In this document: one piece after another, positions 49,228-60,000 of the stretch
Position numbering within the stretch: position 1 is the stretch's first letter
Layout: each line of letters begins with the position of its first letter
Source: Lama guanicoe
Lineage: Eukaryota
Length of the DNA stretch: 60,000 nt
NCBI GenBank assembly: GCA_013239625.1
Contig: MU053881.1
Span: 7,897,957 to 7,957,956 of the forward strand
Reading direction: 5' to 3'
The notes under the pieces: generated by a model
Told to the model about the DNA's origin: nothing
Databases searched by the model: none
The model's input: the letters and a program-made list of their open reading frames with translations, nothing else
Program-made: the position numbers and the translations under genes

Positions 49228-51929
49228 CCTGCCTTTTCATCGAGTGGGTCTTCCGTCCACTTGCTCACTTACGCTTTCTGTCTCCGAGGTATCGATCTCC
49301 ATCTTGTAACTCCATCTTCTAATACATGTACGGTGTAAAGTATAGTTTGATCGAGCGTATTTTTTGCACATGGCTGTATTTGGCGTGAATGGATCATGTG
49401 TATGTATATAGATACATATCCATCTATATTCAATCAACAGTTACATACTGAGGAGATACATCCTGTGTTCCACGTTGTTCCAGGCATCCCAGTGTTCTGC
49501 TTTAGTGCTACTTGAAGTCTGGTCCACAGGTGGGTACCAGCTGGCAAACTGGGCTACTGGTCTGGGACAGGATGAGTCCAGAAATGAAGAGTGAGCGTTT
49601 AGACACATCTACAGGAACTTGACACTCCTGAGACCTCCATGCCCATGTTCGTTGTTCTGATGCTTCATTTTTGTTACATTCTGGAAAAGTATTGTTGCAT
49701 GATAGATTGCAACTTTGAAAAAAAGAAAAAACTAGCCCTTCACAGAATCGTCGGAGAAGCTTCCTAGGACAGACGCAAAGGTAGCTACTTTTTGCCTCCC
49801 GGGTGCTAAGCTTTATGTGCAGTGAGAAGAGACGGTTACACAAAGCTGTTAAACAAGAGTGCAAACATAACAGTGACAAAGTGCCACGAGGCAGTCATAA
49901 AGGACCCAGTGCCGTATCAGTGGCTGGGAGGACACTTGCCACCAAAATCCGCAGGAGGACGAGGTCACAGCCCGGCAGTGATCGGAAGAGTCTTCCCGAG
50001 CAGGTGGTTTGCTGTGACCTCCCCTGCATCCTGGGGTCTGCTCTGTCCCTTCTCCCGCAGCGGCCTTACTCTCCCCGTGAACAAGGGCCTGCGAATGAAG
50101 CTGGATGGAGTTATGTGTCAGACTGCAGCGTGCACGCTCTAAATATCCCGCTCCATTATCCTTGACAGGGCTCTGATGTTAGTGTAAAACACATCAGATT
50201 ACACGGGACGTCATGTCACGTGTCAAATCAGCGCTGGGGCTCCATCCTGACACTTTAATTAGTACGGGCGGAGGGGAAGGGTGTATTATTTTTCTGTTTC
50301 AAGGCGAAGACCCTAACACCCACTGAGAACTGTTTGCTTATGTCCAGGCCTGAATGTGGTCTTCTCTCCTTTTACAAACACAGCCAGTACCCCCTAGGAT
50401 AGCCGGCGTAAGTAAATATCAGCTCATGAAAAGAGCCTCGGGCCGGGAGGTGTAAACCTCACTGGAGTCTCATCCACTGGGGAGAACTTGTGTGAGCCAG
50501 CTGCGCCCCCCAGGCGGCCTCATCTTCAGCAACATAAATGCTCATCGGGTATTGACTTTGCAGTTTTCTTAGCCTTAGAACTTGGCTACTAACGGTTTAA
50601 TGCGTCTCATAGGAGGAGTAGTTGTTGAAATGAGATCATGCCTCTGGCCATGCTCAGATGCCACAAATGACACTAGAGGATGGGGCAGGCTAGAGGGGAT
50701 GGAGGGAGGGATGCTGTTGGAGACCTTGGCTCTTAGGCACCCTTGGCCCATCAGCAGCCGCTTACCCCGCAGCTGGAAACACCTTGCTCTGCTTGTGCCC
50801 CCGCAAGCAGGTGTGGGTGTCCAGATGCAGGGACACATTCCACCCAGAAAAGCATCCAGGCACGACCTGGCCCTTCGCCGTTCTCCAGCGTGGCCCTGGG
50901 TAATGAGAAACCCGCACCTTGCGCTCTGCTCCCGGAAGCAGGTCGCCCAACTTAGTACTGAGCGAAACCTCTGCACATCAATAAGCCGCATTCATTTTGA
51001 CATCTAGACTCTTGTGTCATTAAGACCTCAGGTCTGGCGCTTGGCTTATCAGTGTGTGTCGATTCTCATTTACGTAAGACTTTGGTTTTTCTCACATCTC
51101 TGCACAGACGCCACCAAAAAAAAAAAAAATACTATTAACAGTGAACGGGCTGGGGGATAGAGTTACACAGCCCATTGTGTCTCTCATCCCTGCTTCGTGT
51201 GTCCCTTAAAAAGAACATTGCCCTGTTTGGAAATTGAACGCTGTGCATTTAGATGTTCTTCTCGGAGGGGAGGGGGAGGTAGATTTTTCCACTGCTTCAT
51301 TTTGAGCTTGAAAAACATCCGATTTCATGCCCCTTATTCAGCTGTGAAGTGGACTCTGCTGCACAATGAAAGGGAGGTTTCTTCATCTCTTTTGGAAAAC
51401 AGGAGGCTCTTCTCACCTCCCTGTAGCCGGACGCTAAAACCCGAGGCGGGACTCAAGGATCCCGTAGGTGTGTTAATCTAGGCTCGCTTATTCAGACTGA
51501 AGGCTGTTGGGTGTAACTGGATCCCACAAAGGAGCAAAGTGACTCCTGGGGCTGCTGGAAACCATCCCCCCACCGCCTCCCCAGAGCTTTCTCCAGGGCA
51601 GGGAGCAGTGGGGACCCAATACTTCGAACACCTCTTCTTCTTCCAACATGAATGGCTTCAAGGCAGAAGCGTTTACTTTTGCAACTCAAATGAGAAAAGC
51701 CACGTCCAAGGGAAGTTAGGGGAGCTTCACAAGACCACACATGTAGTTATGACCAAAGAAATAATGCAGTCTGCACAGATCTTCATTTTTCCCATCGATA
51801 AAATGTGCTTATCTGTAAAGTCAGGGACGGGGAAGGAAGCTAATAAAAAGGCACAGAGAAAGGAGATCCTGGAGTTTATACAATAGGTTTCAAGGCCCTA
51901 AGGTATGTGTTTTAGGTAGGAAGCCAAGA

Positions 51930-52165
51930 AAGGAAACTTGGGGTTTCTTTTGGAGTCTCCTGTTCCAGCTCTACCACTTACTACTGTGTGGCCTTGGACA
52001 AGTTACTGCACCTCTCTGGGCCTCAGATGCCTCATCCTGGAAATAGATCATTACGGTTCTCCCTTTGCAGTATTGCTCTGAAGATTAAAAGGAATAATTC
52101 TTATAAAATACTTTGAAGAGTAACTGACATAAAGTGAGCTCTCAGTTAAAGTTGTCCATGTTATT
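51930..52165 (+). mobile_element. MIR SINE
   Basis: ccagctctaccacttactactgtgtggccttggacaagttactgcacctctctgggcctcag. Confidence 0.85.
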
Positions 52166-52291
52166 ATTAATAATAATGCTACTGCTATTATTATTTATCC
52201 AGATTGACTCCACTGCTGCCAGGTTCTCCCCGTATGGTCTGTCCAGTCCTCGGAGGCCGAGGCAGTCCTGGAAGGCATCCAAGAATCTAGG

Positions 52292-52465
52292 TCAATAGTT
52301 CTCAACCTGGGCTCCTATAAGAATCATCCTGGGGAACTCTGAACAATACTGAGGCTTCAGTCCCGTGCCTGGAGATGTTGACTTAATTGATTTGCAGTCC
52401 AGCTGGGCATCAGGAATTTTTAAAGCTCTCCAGGTGATGTTAACATTCAGAACAACTGGGCTAGT
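52292..52465. mobile_element. MER5-like MITE
   Basis: caatagttctcaacctgggct...agaatcatcctgggga...ctgggcatcaggaatttttaaagctctccaggtgat. Confidence 0.8.
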
Positions 52466-52499
52466 GGAAGGCTCCATTAATTCTGATAGTGAAAAGAAA

Positions 52500-52826
52500 G
52501 TTCCTGAAATATGAGTGGTATAAGCTGCTGTTTCTATACCAAATTTAGTGTTTATTGCAGGTGTTATGTGAGATCCTGTTAGATAATTTAGATTACTTAT
52601 ATGTTAACAGTCCTACAACTCTTTTGATGAGAATTAGGAAAAAGTATAACTAACATTATCAACCCTGTGATTTCACAGGTAATAGTCTTTAGGTTGAAAT
52701 TTCTTTTAAAAGCAAAGTGGAGAAGAATGTGTATAAATTCAATTTAAGTAAAATATTAAATTAATATTTATACATTGATGGCAAAAAATGTGACGTTGAT
52801 AAATGACTAAGGTGTGGGAAATGTAG
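52500..52826. mobile_element. AT-rich ancient hAT/Charlie-like DNA transposon remnant
   Basis: AT-rich block ending aatgactaaggtgtgggaaatgtag, reminiscent of Charlie-family termini. Confidence 0.4.
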
Positions 52827-53099
52827 TATGAAACAAATAGGATTATAATTATAATTCTGAGTCAATGTGATAATTCTAAAGAATAAAATTATTTTACTCA
52901 GAAATTGTACAGTTTTCAGCCTTTGAAAAAATAAAGGTATGTTGATGAAATACGGTGAAAGCTCTAACTAATCTGAGAGGACAGAATTCTTGGTTTCTAG
53001 TCATTTATTTTCAGGACACAATCAGAGATAAAAATGTTATTCCATATTTACTCAGCACTGTAATTATAATTACTTTGTATATAGTGACACGGTTAATGA

Positions 53100-53345
53100 T
53101 AATGACATCGTGCGTTTGAAAAAAGCTTCGCCGTTTACAAAGCACTTGCGCTTACATTACTTAATTGGGCTTCCTAATAACTTGCTGAGGCTGGCTTGTG
53201 AGCCCCTTGTCACAGGTGGGGAAATGAGACCCCGAGGGGGCGGTTAAATGGCCTGTCCCACGTTCCACAGCTAAGTCGTGAAGGGGCAGGACTGGAATCT
53301 CAGCATCTCTGCCCAGCACAGAACTTCTCATTTTTAACCACTGTT
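53100..53345 (-). mobile_element. MIR SINE
   Basis: tttacaaagcactt...acaggtggggaaatgagac...cacagctaagt...ggactggaatctcag. Confidence 0.75.
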
Positions 53346-53519
53346 GCTCTTCTGAGTCTCGTGCGTGCTGCCTGCTCTCTCTTCCACATTAAATTGTAAA
53401 ATCCCTCAGGGGCACCTCTGACGGTGGCTCTCCTTTCTGATAACTTGCTGGGCACTCGGGAGCACTCATTCAGTGTGGCCCCCAGTACCAGAAACTGGGT
53501 GGGTTAGATCACGTAGAGA

Positions 53520-54066
53520 GGAAAACCACCTTCTAATAACCTCCTCGCAGGTCTCTTCACTTCTGCTCTTGATCAACCCCAGTCTTTTCTCAGGACAGTA
53601 GCCAAAACCATCTCTGAAAACTTGTCACCCCACCACAGCACCCTGTACTTAAATCCCCGCAAAGGCTGCCCATTTTGCTTTGCACAAATTCCGAGCCCGG
53701 CTCCTCCCAACCCCCGCCTCCCAAGGACACACACTTGTTGCTTCGTCTCTGGACAGCCCTGTTCCATACAAAGGGCACGTCCTCCCTCTCTACTCTGCCA
53801 AGAAAACCTAACTTCAGTGTCTTCTCCACCAAGTGGAACGCCTTAACCTTCTGATGAGATCAGACCCTCTTGTCACTCTCTCATGCGGCTGACAGATCTT
53901 CCCTTCATGGCTCTTATTATGATTTGGAATCATTTATTGGTGTGAAGCCACATGAGGGCAGAGATGGAATCATCCCCTATTGTTTTCCCACCACTCTAGT
54001 CTCAAGCCCTAGCATTGAAGTTAGTGCATAGTAACCGCTCAACAGATATTTGTTGAATTAATGAAT
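53520..54066 (+). mobile_element. L2 3' region
   Basis: aataacctcct...ends catagtaaccgctcaacagatatttgttgaattaatgaat. Confidence 0.75.
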
Positions 54067-54814
54067 AGAATATGAAAAGGCCACAGGGGTAGCTTACCCT
54101 CCCTGAGGACAGGGCGCAGTTTTCACCACCTACACCGAGAGCAAGCTAGGAGGTACAAAGCACTTGCAAGAATTTCAAGGCTGATCAGGGCCACCTCCAG
54201 CCGTACCACCCTGAAGCTACTGTGTACACCTGACAACCACTGCGCGGGATGCTCTGGACAGGAAGTGAGAAACCGCCAGTGGCTTCCAAGCTGCTTTTTA
54301 AGGGAAGAATTCTAAGTAGAGGACCCAACGTCCTGCCAGCCCCACCCCTCCATGGCTCCCCCAGGAATTCCCGAGGTAACATCCAGGAACCCCAGGGCTC
54401 TCAGGGACACAATTTTAAAGCCATGTATCTAGTAGACAAATACAGCGCCAGAAATTGGAAATCAGCATCCTGTCCCCGATGAAGCTGCTTTCCGCTGCTG
54501 AGCCGGCAAGTTGCTTTTATTAGTCAAATTTCGTTTTCCTTATCATTAAAATAGGTGTAATATTGCTTATCCTAGTTAATTCATTGGACTGTTTTGAACA
54601 CAAAATAAGATAAAAAAACAATTTGAATAAGTAGAAGCACTTTGTGTTATTACTTGAGTCCGAGTTACACAGATATCTTCTCCTTAAGGGCTTTTTAAAT
54701 GAAGAAAGATGCACTGATTTTCGTAGATACCAGGACATTCCAAAGACATAAATGTAGCGAAAGAAGAAATGCGTCATTCATTAGCGTTATGGATTCAGTT
54801 GGGTGGTCAGAAAG

Positions 54815-55080
54815 AGACAGTGTGCTGTATATAGCAGGAGGATCTTCACGCGCGGATCAGGAGACCTGGATTTGAACCTACCTTGTCATCCAGTTACTGG
54901 CTGTGGGAGTTTGATGGGCCATGCAACCCTTGGAAGCCTCGGTGGCCCCCATCTGTAAATTTTGGGAGTGGGGGTTGGGTGGGGAAGTGGAGAATGGTAA
55001 TGACATTACTGTAGTTTGGAGGGTCAAATGAAACAGCAACTTCTTAAGAAAGGCGTTTGGAAGCAGCCAAGTGCCTTAGC
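54815..55080 (+). mobile_element. MIR SINE
   Basis: tcaggagacctggatttgaacc...gcctcggtggcccccatctgtaaa. Confidence 0.65.
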
Positions 55081-55791
55081 AAAGCAAGGCATCGATATTA
55101 TCCAAGCACTTGCCTATTTAGCCAGGGGGCAGTTAAGGAGTTGTCAGGGAGGGCTGCCCAAAATAGCAAGGAAGTATCAAGATTGACTTGAATCATGGTG
55201 AGGGCAGGGCAGGTCTACCAGAGGATGCATGCTTCAGGCAAGGGTGGGCTGGCAGGGCCCAGTCACAACCGTAGGTCATCTCCCTTTCCAGGAGCTGAAG
55301 TAGCTTCTAAAAACTCTGGATTACAAGACAGAGGACACCATCCAGGTGGGCAGAACGTGTTAAAAGGACCCCAGGTACACTCAAGGATGTTTATTTTTGA
55401 TTAGCAGATGAGGATTACCTGGATTAAGGGAGGCTCATGGATGGAGAACGTGCAGACGCTAATTGCCCCTAAATTACAGTGGATTCCACTGGAATTGTGT
55501 ATTCTCCTCCAAAAGCCTAGCCACGGCCCCTCCTTCCCTGCCTCCTTCCCTCCCCACACAATGCTAAACGAACATGTCATTGTAACTGAGATGAAAGGCC
55601 TTGAAATTTATTTTCCACTTCCCTCCGACAGCTCTTGTTTGCAAAACAAAAGAAACTAGGTTACTAATCTAGTTCCAATTTATTTCATACCAAGAAAAAA
55701 AAAAAGTATTCCAGGGATTCAGATTTCTGGAAGGCTTTTGCAAGCCCTCTTTCCTTGCTAGGTTTCTCTACCACACCAGTGACCAAGATGA

Positions 55792-55978
55792 ATAGTTCTC
55801 AAAACTGAGTGGAGTTCAGAGTCACCTGGAGGCCCTGTTCAAAGACATCCCTGGGTCCCACCCCCAAGGCTCTGATTCACTAGGTCTAAGGAGGTCCCCC
55901 AAACTTGCATTTCCAACAAATATCCCAGCAACACTAATGGTGGGGATCCTGAGACACGCTCTGAGAACCACGGAACTA
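55792..55978. mobile_element. MER5-like MITE
   Basis: atagttctcaaa...gagtcacctggagg...tctgattcactaggtct...ttgcatttccaacaa...ctctgagaacca. Confidence 0.8.
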
Positions 55979-56759
55979 GGGAACTAGGGAAGTATTTTAG
56001 AGAATCTGGCCAAAGGAAAGAGAATGCAAACCTCACAGTTCTGGGAGGGGGGGTCTCTTTGGAAGAGGAGTTTCAGGCACTCAGCAGTGCAAAGTTATTT
56101 GTTTCCTCCATCAAATATGCGTATATTCTCTTGGATTTTATAAAGCCTATGGGTGGCTTATGGATAATTGTGCTTTGCTACGGCACAGGAGAGGCAAAGG
56201 AGGTTGGAACTAGGGCAGGCCCTTCCTGGTGGCCCCCATTCATCCCTCCTGTCTGGTTGGCACCCTCTCCTCTTCCAGTGATTACTGTTGTCAAGTTGTT
56301 TTCTGCCACCTCCACGGCCATGGCACCCCCACACCACCAAACATTCTCTCTGCCTTGAGGCCACCAGTACGAGTCCAACTCTATCCCACATTTATGTACA
56401 GATCACTTCTTCTGTGCAAGGCTGGGTGAGACCTGGGCTACTTTTGCTGATGTTTCCAGCACTTTGCAAAGTGCTGAACAGCATGTCCACCGATCTGGGA
56501 TTTTAGCTCTGACCTTGCATCTGGCTTACCACGTGACGGTGGAGAAATCACTTTCAACCTCTAGACAGGATTTTACTCCGCAATTAAAGGAGGGGGTTAG
56601 TCTAGTGAGATTAGTGGTTCTTCCTCTTTCGGGGAGAATGAAAATGAAATGTATGGACCTCTTCCCAGGAAAGTGCACGTGTGCACATTCATGGAAAACG
56701 TTGCTTACAAATTTTAGGTTGCATAAATAATAATAATGTAATGATAACAAGCAGCCATG

Positions 56760-56950
56760 ATAACTGGCATTTACCAATTGCTAACCACGTGCCAGGCTCT
56801 GTACAAAGAAAGCACGTGACATGTAGTGTCATATTTAATCCTTGCAACACTCCACGAGGGCATCGTGTCCAATTTGTAGAGCAGAAAATCATGGCAGAGA
56901 TGGGAAGGAATTCATCTCAGGTCACCCGAGTCCTCAGGAGCAGAGGGAGG
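56760..56950 (-). mobile_element. MIR SINE
   Basis: catttacc...cgtgccaggctctg...tcatatttaatccttgcaacac. Confidence 0.7.
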
Positions 56951-58099
56951 ATGTGAGGTCCTCTACACTGTCCTGAAGCTGACAAGTGGCCCTCTGGCGC
57001 GCACGACCCCCAGGTAAGAATAGATCCTATTGTAGGTGATTGTTTCAGTTCCTTGAGCTCTGAAGCCCCAGGATTCTACATTTTCCCCCCTAAGTCCTAA
57101 GAACTAAACACTGGGGGAAGTGATCCATGGTGTTTTCAAGGCTTTTATGCATCAGAGGTGGTCCCCAAAACTTAGAATTTGAAGGAGATTTGGGGTCCCG
57201 ACTCAGAAGAGCAAGGCACCTCTGTGCTTTGTGTCTGTCTGAAAAATGAATGCTTTCTCATCGTAGTTTCTAACCAGAGGCAGCCTCCTTTCAAGGCAAG
57301 GGGAGGTAGCCCATCTCGGCTTGGGCAGGTCAGTAATGTGACGAGATAAAGGGCAGTTTCTTAATGAAAACCACTCTGCCTCCTGCCAGCAAAGGAGTTT
57401 TCTTAGTGCATTTCAAGTCCGCTAACACCTCTTCCCAGATCAATGGCTTTTCATAAATGCACCAGGAGATCTTTGAACCGCTAATGCTTCAGGGGCTGTT
57501 TAGGTTTGGAGTCAAACTGTTTAATGTAACTCTCCTCCAAGTCTGGCTCTATTGAAAGGTCTCAGGAAACAAGGCGGAGGGATGTATAAAAAGCAGAACC
57601 GCCATGGCCAAGTGACGTCCCCCCCGCCTCGGCCTCCTGTTTATACAAGCAAATTGGACCAGGCTGATTACTTTCAGGAGGGGAAGGGAGGAACGAAATG
57701 ACATGTGAGTCCTGGTGGAGAGTTGAATGAAAAGGAATCAGATGAAAGGTACCTTTTGATTAGAATTGGAGCAATCATTTGCTCAGGAGGGGAGGATGCC
57801 ATCCGTCGGCTTCCTCCACAGACTGAGCACCACAATGACAACTGCATCTTGCCTGGGAGGTGTGGGCCCGGCTTCCCACGTCCCTGGGAAAGCGAGTGCT
57901 GTTTGGTTGAAACACTGGCTCAAACACTTAAGCTAAAGGAAGGATGTTTTTCAGAAGGTAAATGACTGTGCGCATCCAAGAGATGCTACACCAAAGGGCA
58001 GAGCTTCTTCCGCCCAAAGCTGCTCCCACACTCACTTTCCCACAGAGCTATGGGTGAAAAGGAAAGGAAAGTATCAATGACCACTGGCATTTGCGGAAG

Positions 58100-58113
58100 G
58101 CGCCCCCTGCAGG
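58100..58113 (-). promoter_or_regulatory. Candidate CTCF core motif
   Basis: Minus strand CCTGCAGGGGGCGC vs core CCRSYAGRKGGCRS (one mismatch); motif match only. Confidence 0.35.
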
Positions 58114-58519
58114 TCCAGTGTTATGTCTTTACCTCATCTTAACCTCGCAGCCACCCTCCAAGGTGGAACCCCTACCACTGTTAACTCCACTTTCAGGCGG
58201 GGAACCTGGACCTCAGGGCAGATAAGCATCTTGACCAATGTCACCTCCACTTGGATGGGGACCTCAATGACCCCTTCCCTCTACCCACCCAACTATGTCT
58301 GTCTCCCACATGAATGTGATGCACTGTCATCGAATGTCGAGCTCGTCCAATCCGAAAGACGTGTGACTTGCTTAACTCATTTTTCCCCTTATTTAGACTT
58401 CAAGCCTTTTGAGAGCAGGGACCACGTGGTCCTTTGATTTTGCCTCCCACCGCAGTGCCTGGTACTGTACAGACCTGCTCCCTGTCCTTTATTCTTTAGA
58501 AGCTGATCGAAAAGAGGTT

Positions 58520-58950
58520 GGGGGTTTTGTGGGGTTTTTTGCTGATTATAAGATTAATCCAAGCTCACTGCCTGAAATACTGGAGTAGGCGTTAAAATTA
58601 TATAAAGATTAAAAACAAAAAAAGAAACCACCAGAGGTTAACAGTCATTCACATTTTGGTACATAGCCCTCTACTCTTTTCCTGTCTGCATGTAGACGTA
58701 CATTATACTTTAAGTAAGATTCCACTATTTGTAGCCTGATATTTTGCTAACAGTAGGTCATGGTCATCTTCCCACATCAACAACCATAGATCTTTGGCAG
58801 TCTGTATGTTATAACCTTGCACAGTGTTCCACTGTGTGGTTGTGTCAGAATTCACTTAATCCTCAGCCGATGGACTCTGGTGGCCCCTGATACTTGCTTG
58901 TCTCTGCAAAGATGTAGGAAACACTCCCACACTTACGACTTGGTGTCTGT
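58520..58950 (-). mobile_element. Ancient L1ME-like fragment
   Basis: ccaccagaggttaacag...acattttggtacatag...atcttcccacatca...tgttccactgtgtgg. Confidence 0.6.
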
Positions 58951-60000
58951 GTCTTTCAATCCCGTTCTCTGCTCCATTTCTTGAAAACTTGAAACTTGGT
59001 TGGATTACGGTTCTTCTAGAAATGGCGAAGCATATGTGTTGTCTGTTTCAGGATGCCTCCAAGATTGATATGGTTCATTTTTTTAATACGAAAATCTGGC
59101 TGTGGCATGCCCCTAAGTAGGAGTCACCAGTGCCCACTCCTGAGTCAGTCCGTCACATTCTAGCCTCCTCCCCGATGAGCACTCTCTCCCTGGAGTCACC
59201 ACAATGTGGGTCTTGGAGCCTTTTCCGTAGAAGACTGGTCTATGAAATTGCTGTGGACAGCCAACAAACCCGGGGTCAAAGGTTAATGAATGCCAGCAAG
59301 AGCATGCGGAGAGGAGGCAGGCTGGGGCCCTGGGGGTTTGGGGCCTGAGCCACTCCCCTTTGAAGTTCATGGGTCCACTGCACCCTGAGGAGTGACAGGT
59401 GGCTGTCGCTATGCTGGGACCAGGCAGGTGTGAAGGTGGAGCTGCGGGAGAGTGCAGGCCCCAGGTGCCCTATTTATTATTTTTCATCAGCCAAATGAAA
59501 GCAGTTTTTAGATTTAGATCTTTTTTGATGAGCTGTCACCATGGTGATGGAATTGGAAATTCTTTTTCTGAAACATTGCTGTTAAACCATTTGTCGAACT
59601 ATTTGCATACCATGACTCCAGGAGGCCCCAAGAGCTGTGTGCTTCCCTCCCTGTGAAGAAGAGAGTTAATCTCAGCCATCTCTTGGATTCTTTACTGCAG
59701 AGAGGTCCAGGCTTCGATATGCTTGGTCTCTACCCAGTGTGGGGTGAGGCTCCCAGATTCGCCACCACCCCTCCCACCAAAGGAGGTCATGAGAAAACAA
59801 GCGCAAAGAGAAGGAGAAAAGGAGAGTGAAGAATGTACCATCCAGGAAAGTGGTTTTGAGTCTTTCTTCTTCCTCCCTGGACCCACCTTGCCCATCAAAT
59901 CTCCAAAATCCACCCCAGGGCAGAGATGTTGGAGGAGACGTGCATCATTGTGACCTTCCGGAATGAGCCGGGAACTAGGAGCCCAAGCTGCTGCCTCCGT

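Noticed and set aside
50172..50198. Hairpin tctgatgt-N11-acatcaga next to CRE/E-box-like motifs
   Set aside because: 8-bp stems are expected many times by chance in 60 kb; too short for a pre-miRNA.
50575..51007. Antiparallel 138/141-aa ORFs
   Set aside because: No homology recognised; composition is typical of non-coding GC-rich DNA.
57598..57615. Strong Kozak context accgccATGG
   Set aside because: It encodes only M-A-K-stop and lies ~11 nt after the TATA element, upstream of where transcription would start.
1..60000. CRISPR array, operon or other prokaryotic-type system; host gene identity
   Set aside because: No regularly spaced repeats and no gene-dense structure. The sequence is mammalian and repeat-rich, and I cannot identify the locus. 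Small exons could have been missed without alignment.

Overview
This is mammalian, apparently non-coding DNA (intronic or intergenic). The young repeats point to a camelid (alpaca/camel-like): tRNA-derived vic-1-like SINEs plus matching young L1 3' ends. I recognise no host protein-coding exon, RNA gene or prokaryotic system. The only ORFs in the track that I can assign are decayed LINE-1 ORF2 C-termini (10581-10908 on -, 48266-48673 on +). The window is a mosaic of ancient repeats (MIR, L2, MLT1, LTR33-like, MER5/MER102-like, old L1M), young L1/SINE insertions with readable target-site duplications (TSDs), microsatellites, and several repeat-free, TAAT-rich blocks that may be conserved enhancers. 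The most unusual structure is a ~1-kb 5'-truncated L1 (48118-49067) flanked by a 138-bp direct duplication (47980-48117 / 49090-49227, 4 transitions). It has a 22-nt orphan segment after the poly(A) and no canonical endonuclease site. Also present: a twin-primed 5'-inverted L1, a SINE nested in an L1, an L2>MLT1>MLT1 triple nest, and a possible SINE/L1-tail composite. There is a 14-N assembly gap at 48712-48725. I found no convincing novel biological system. Repeat family names are from recall of consensus sequences, not a database search, and ancient-repeat boundaries are approximate.
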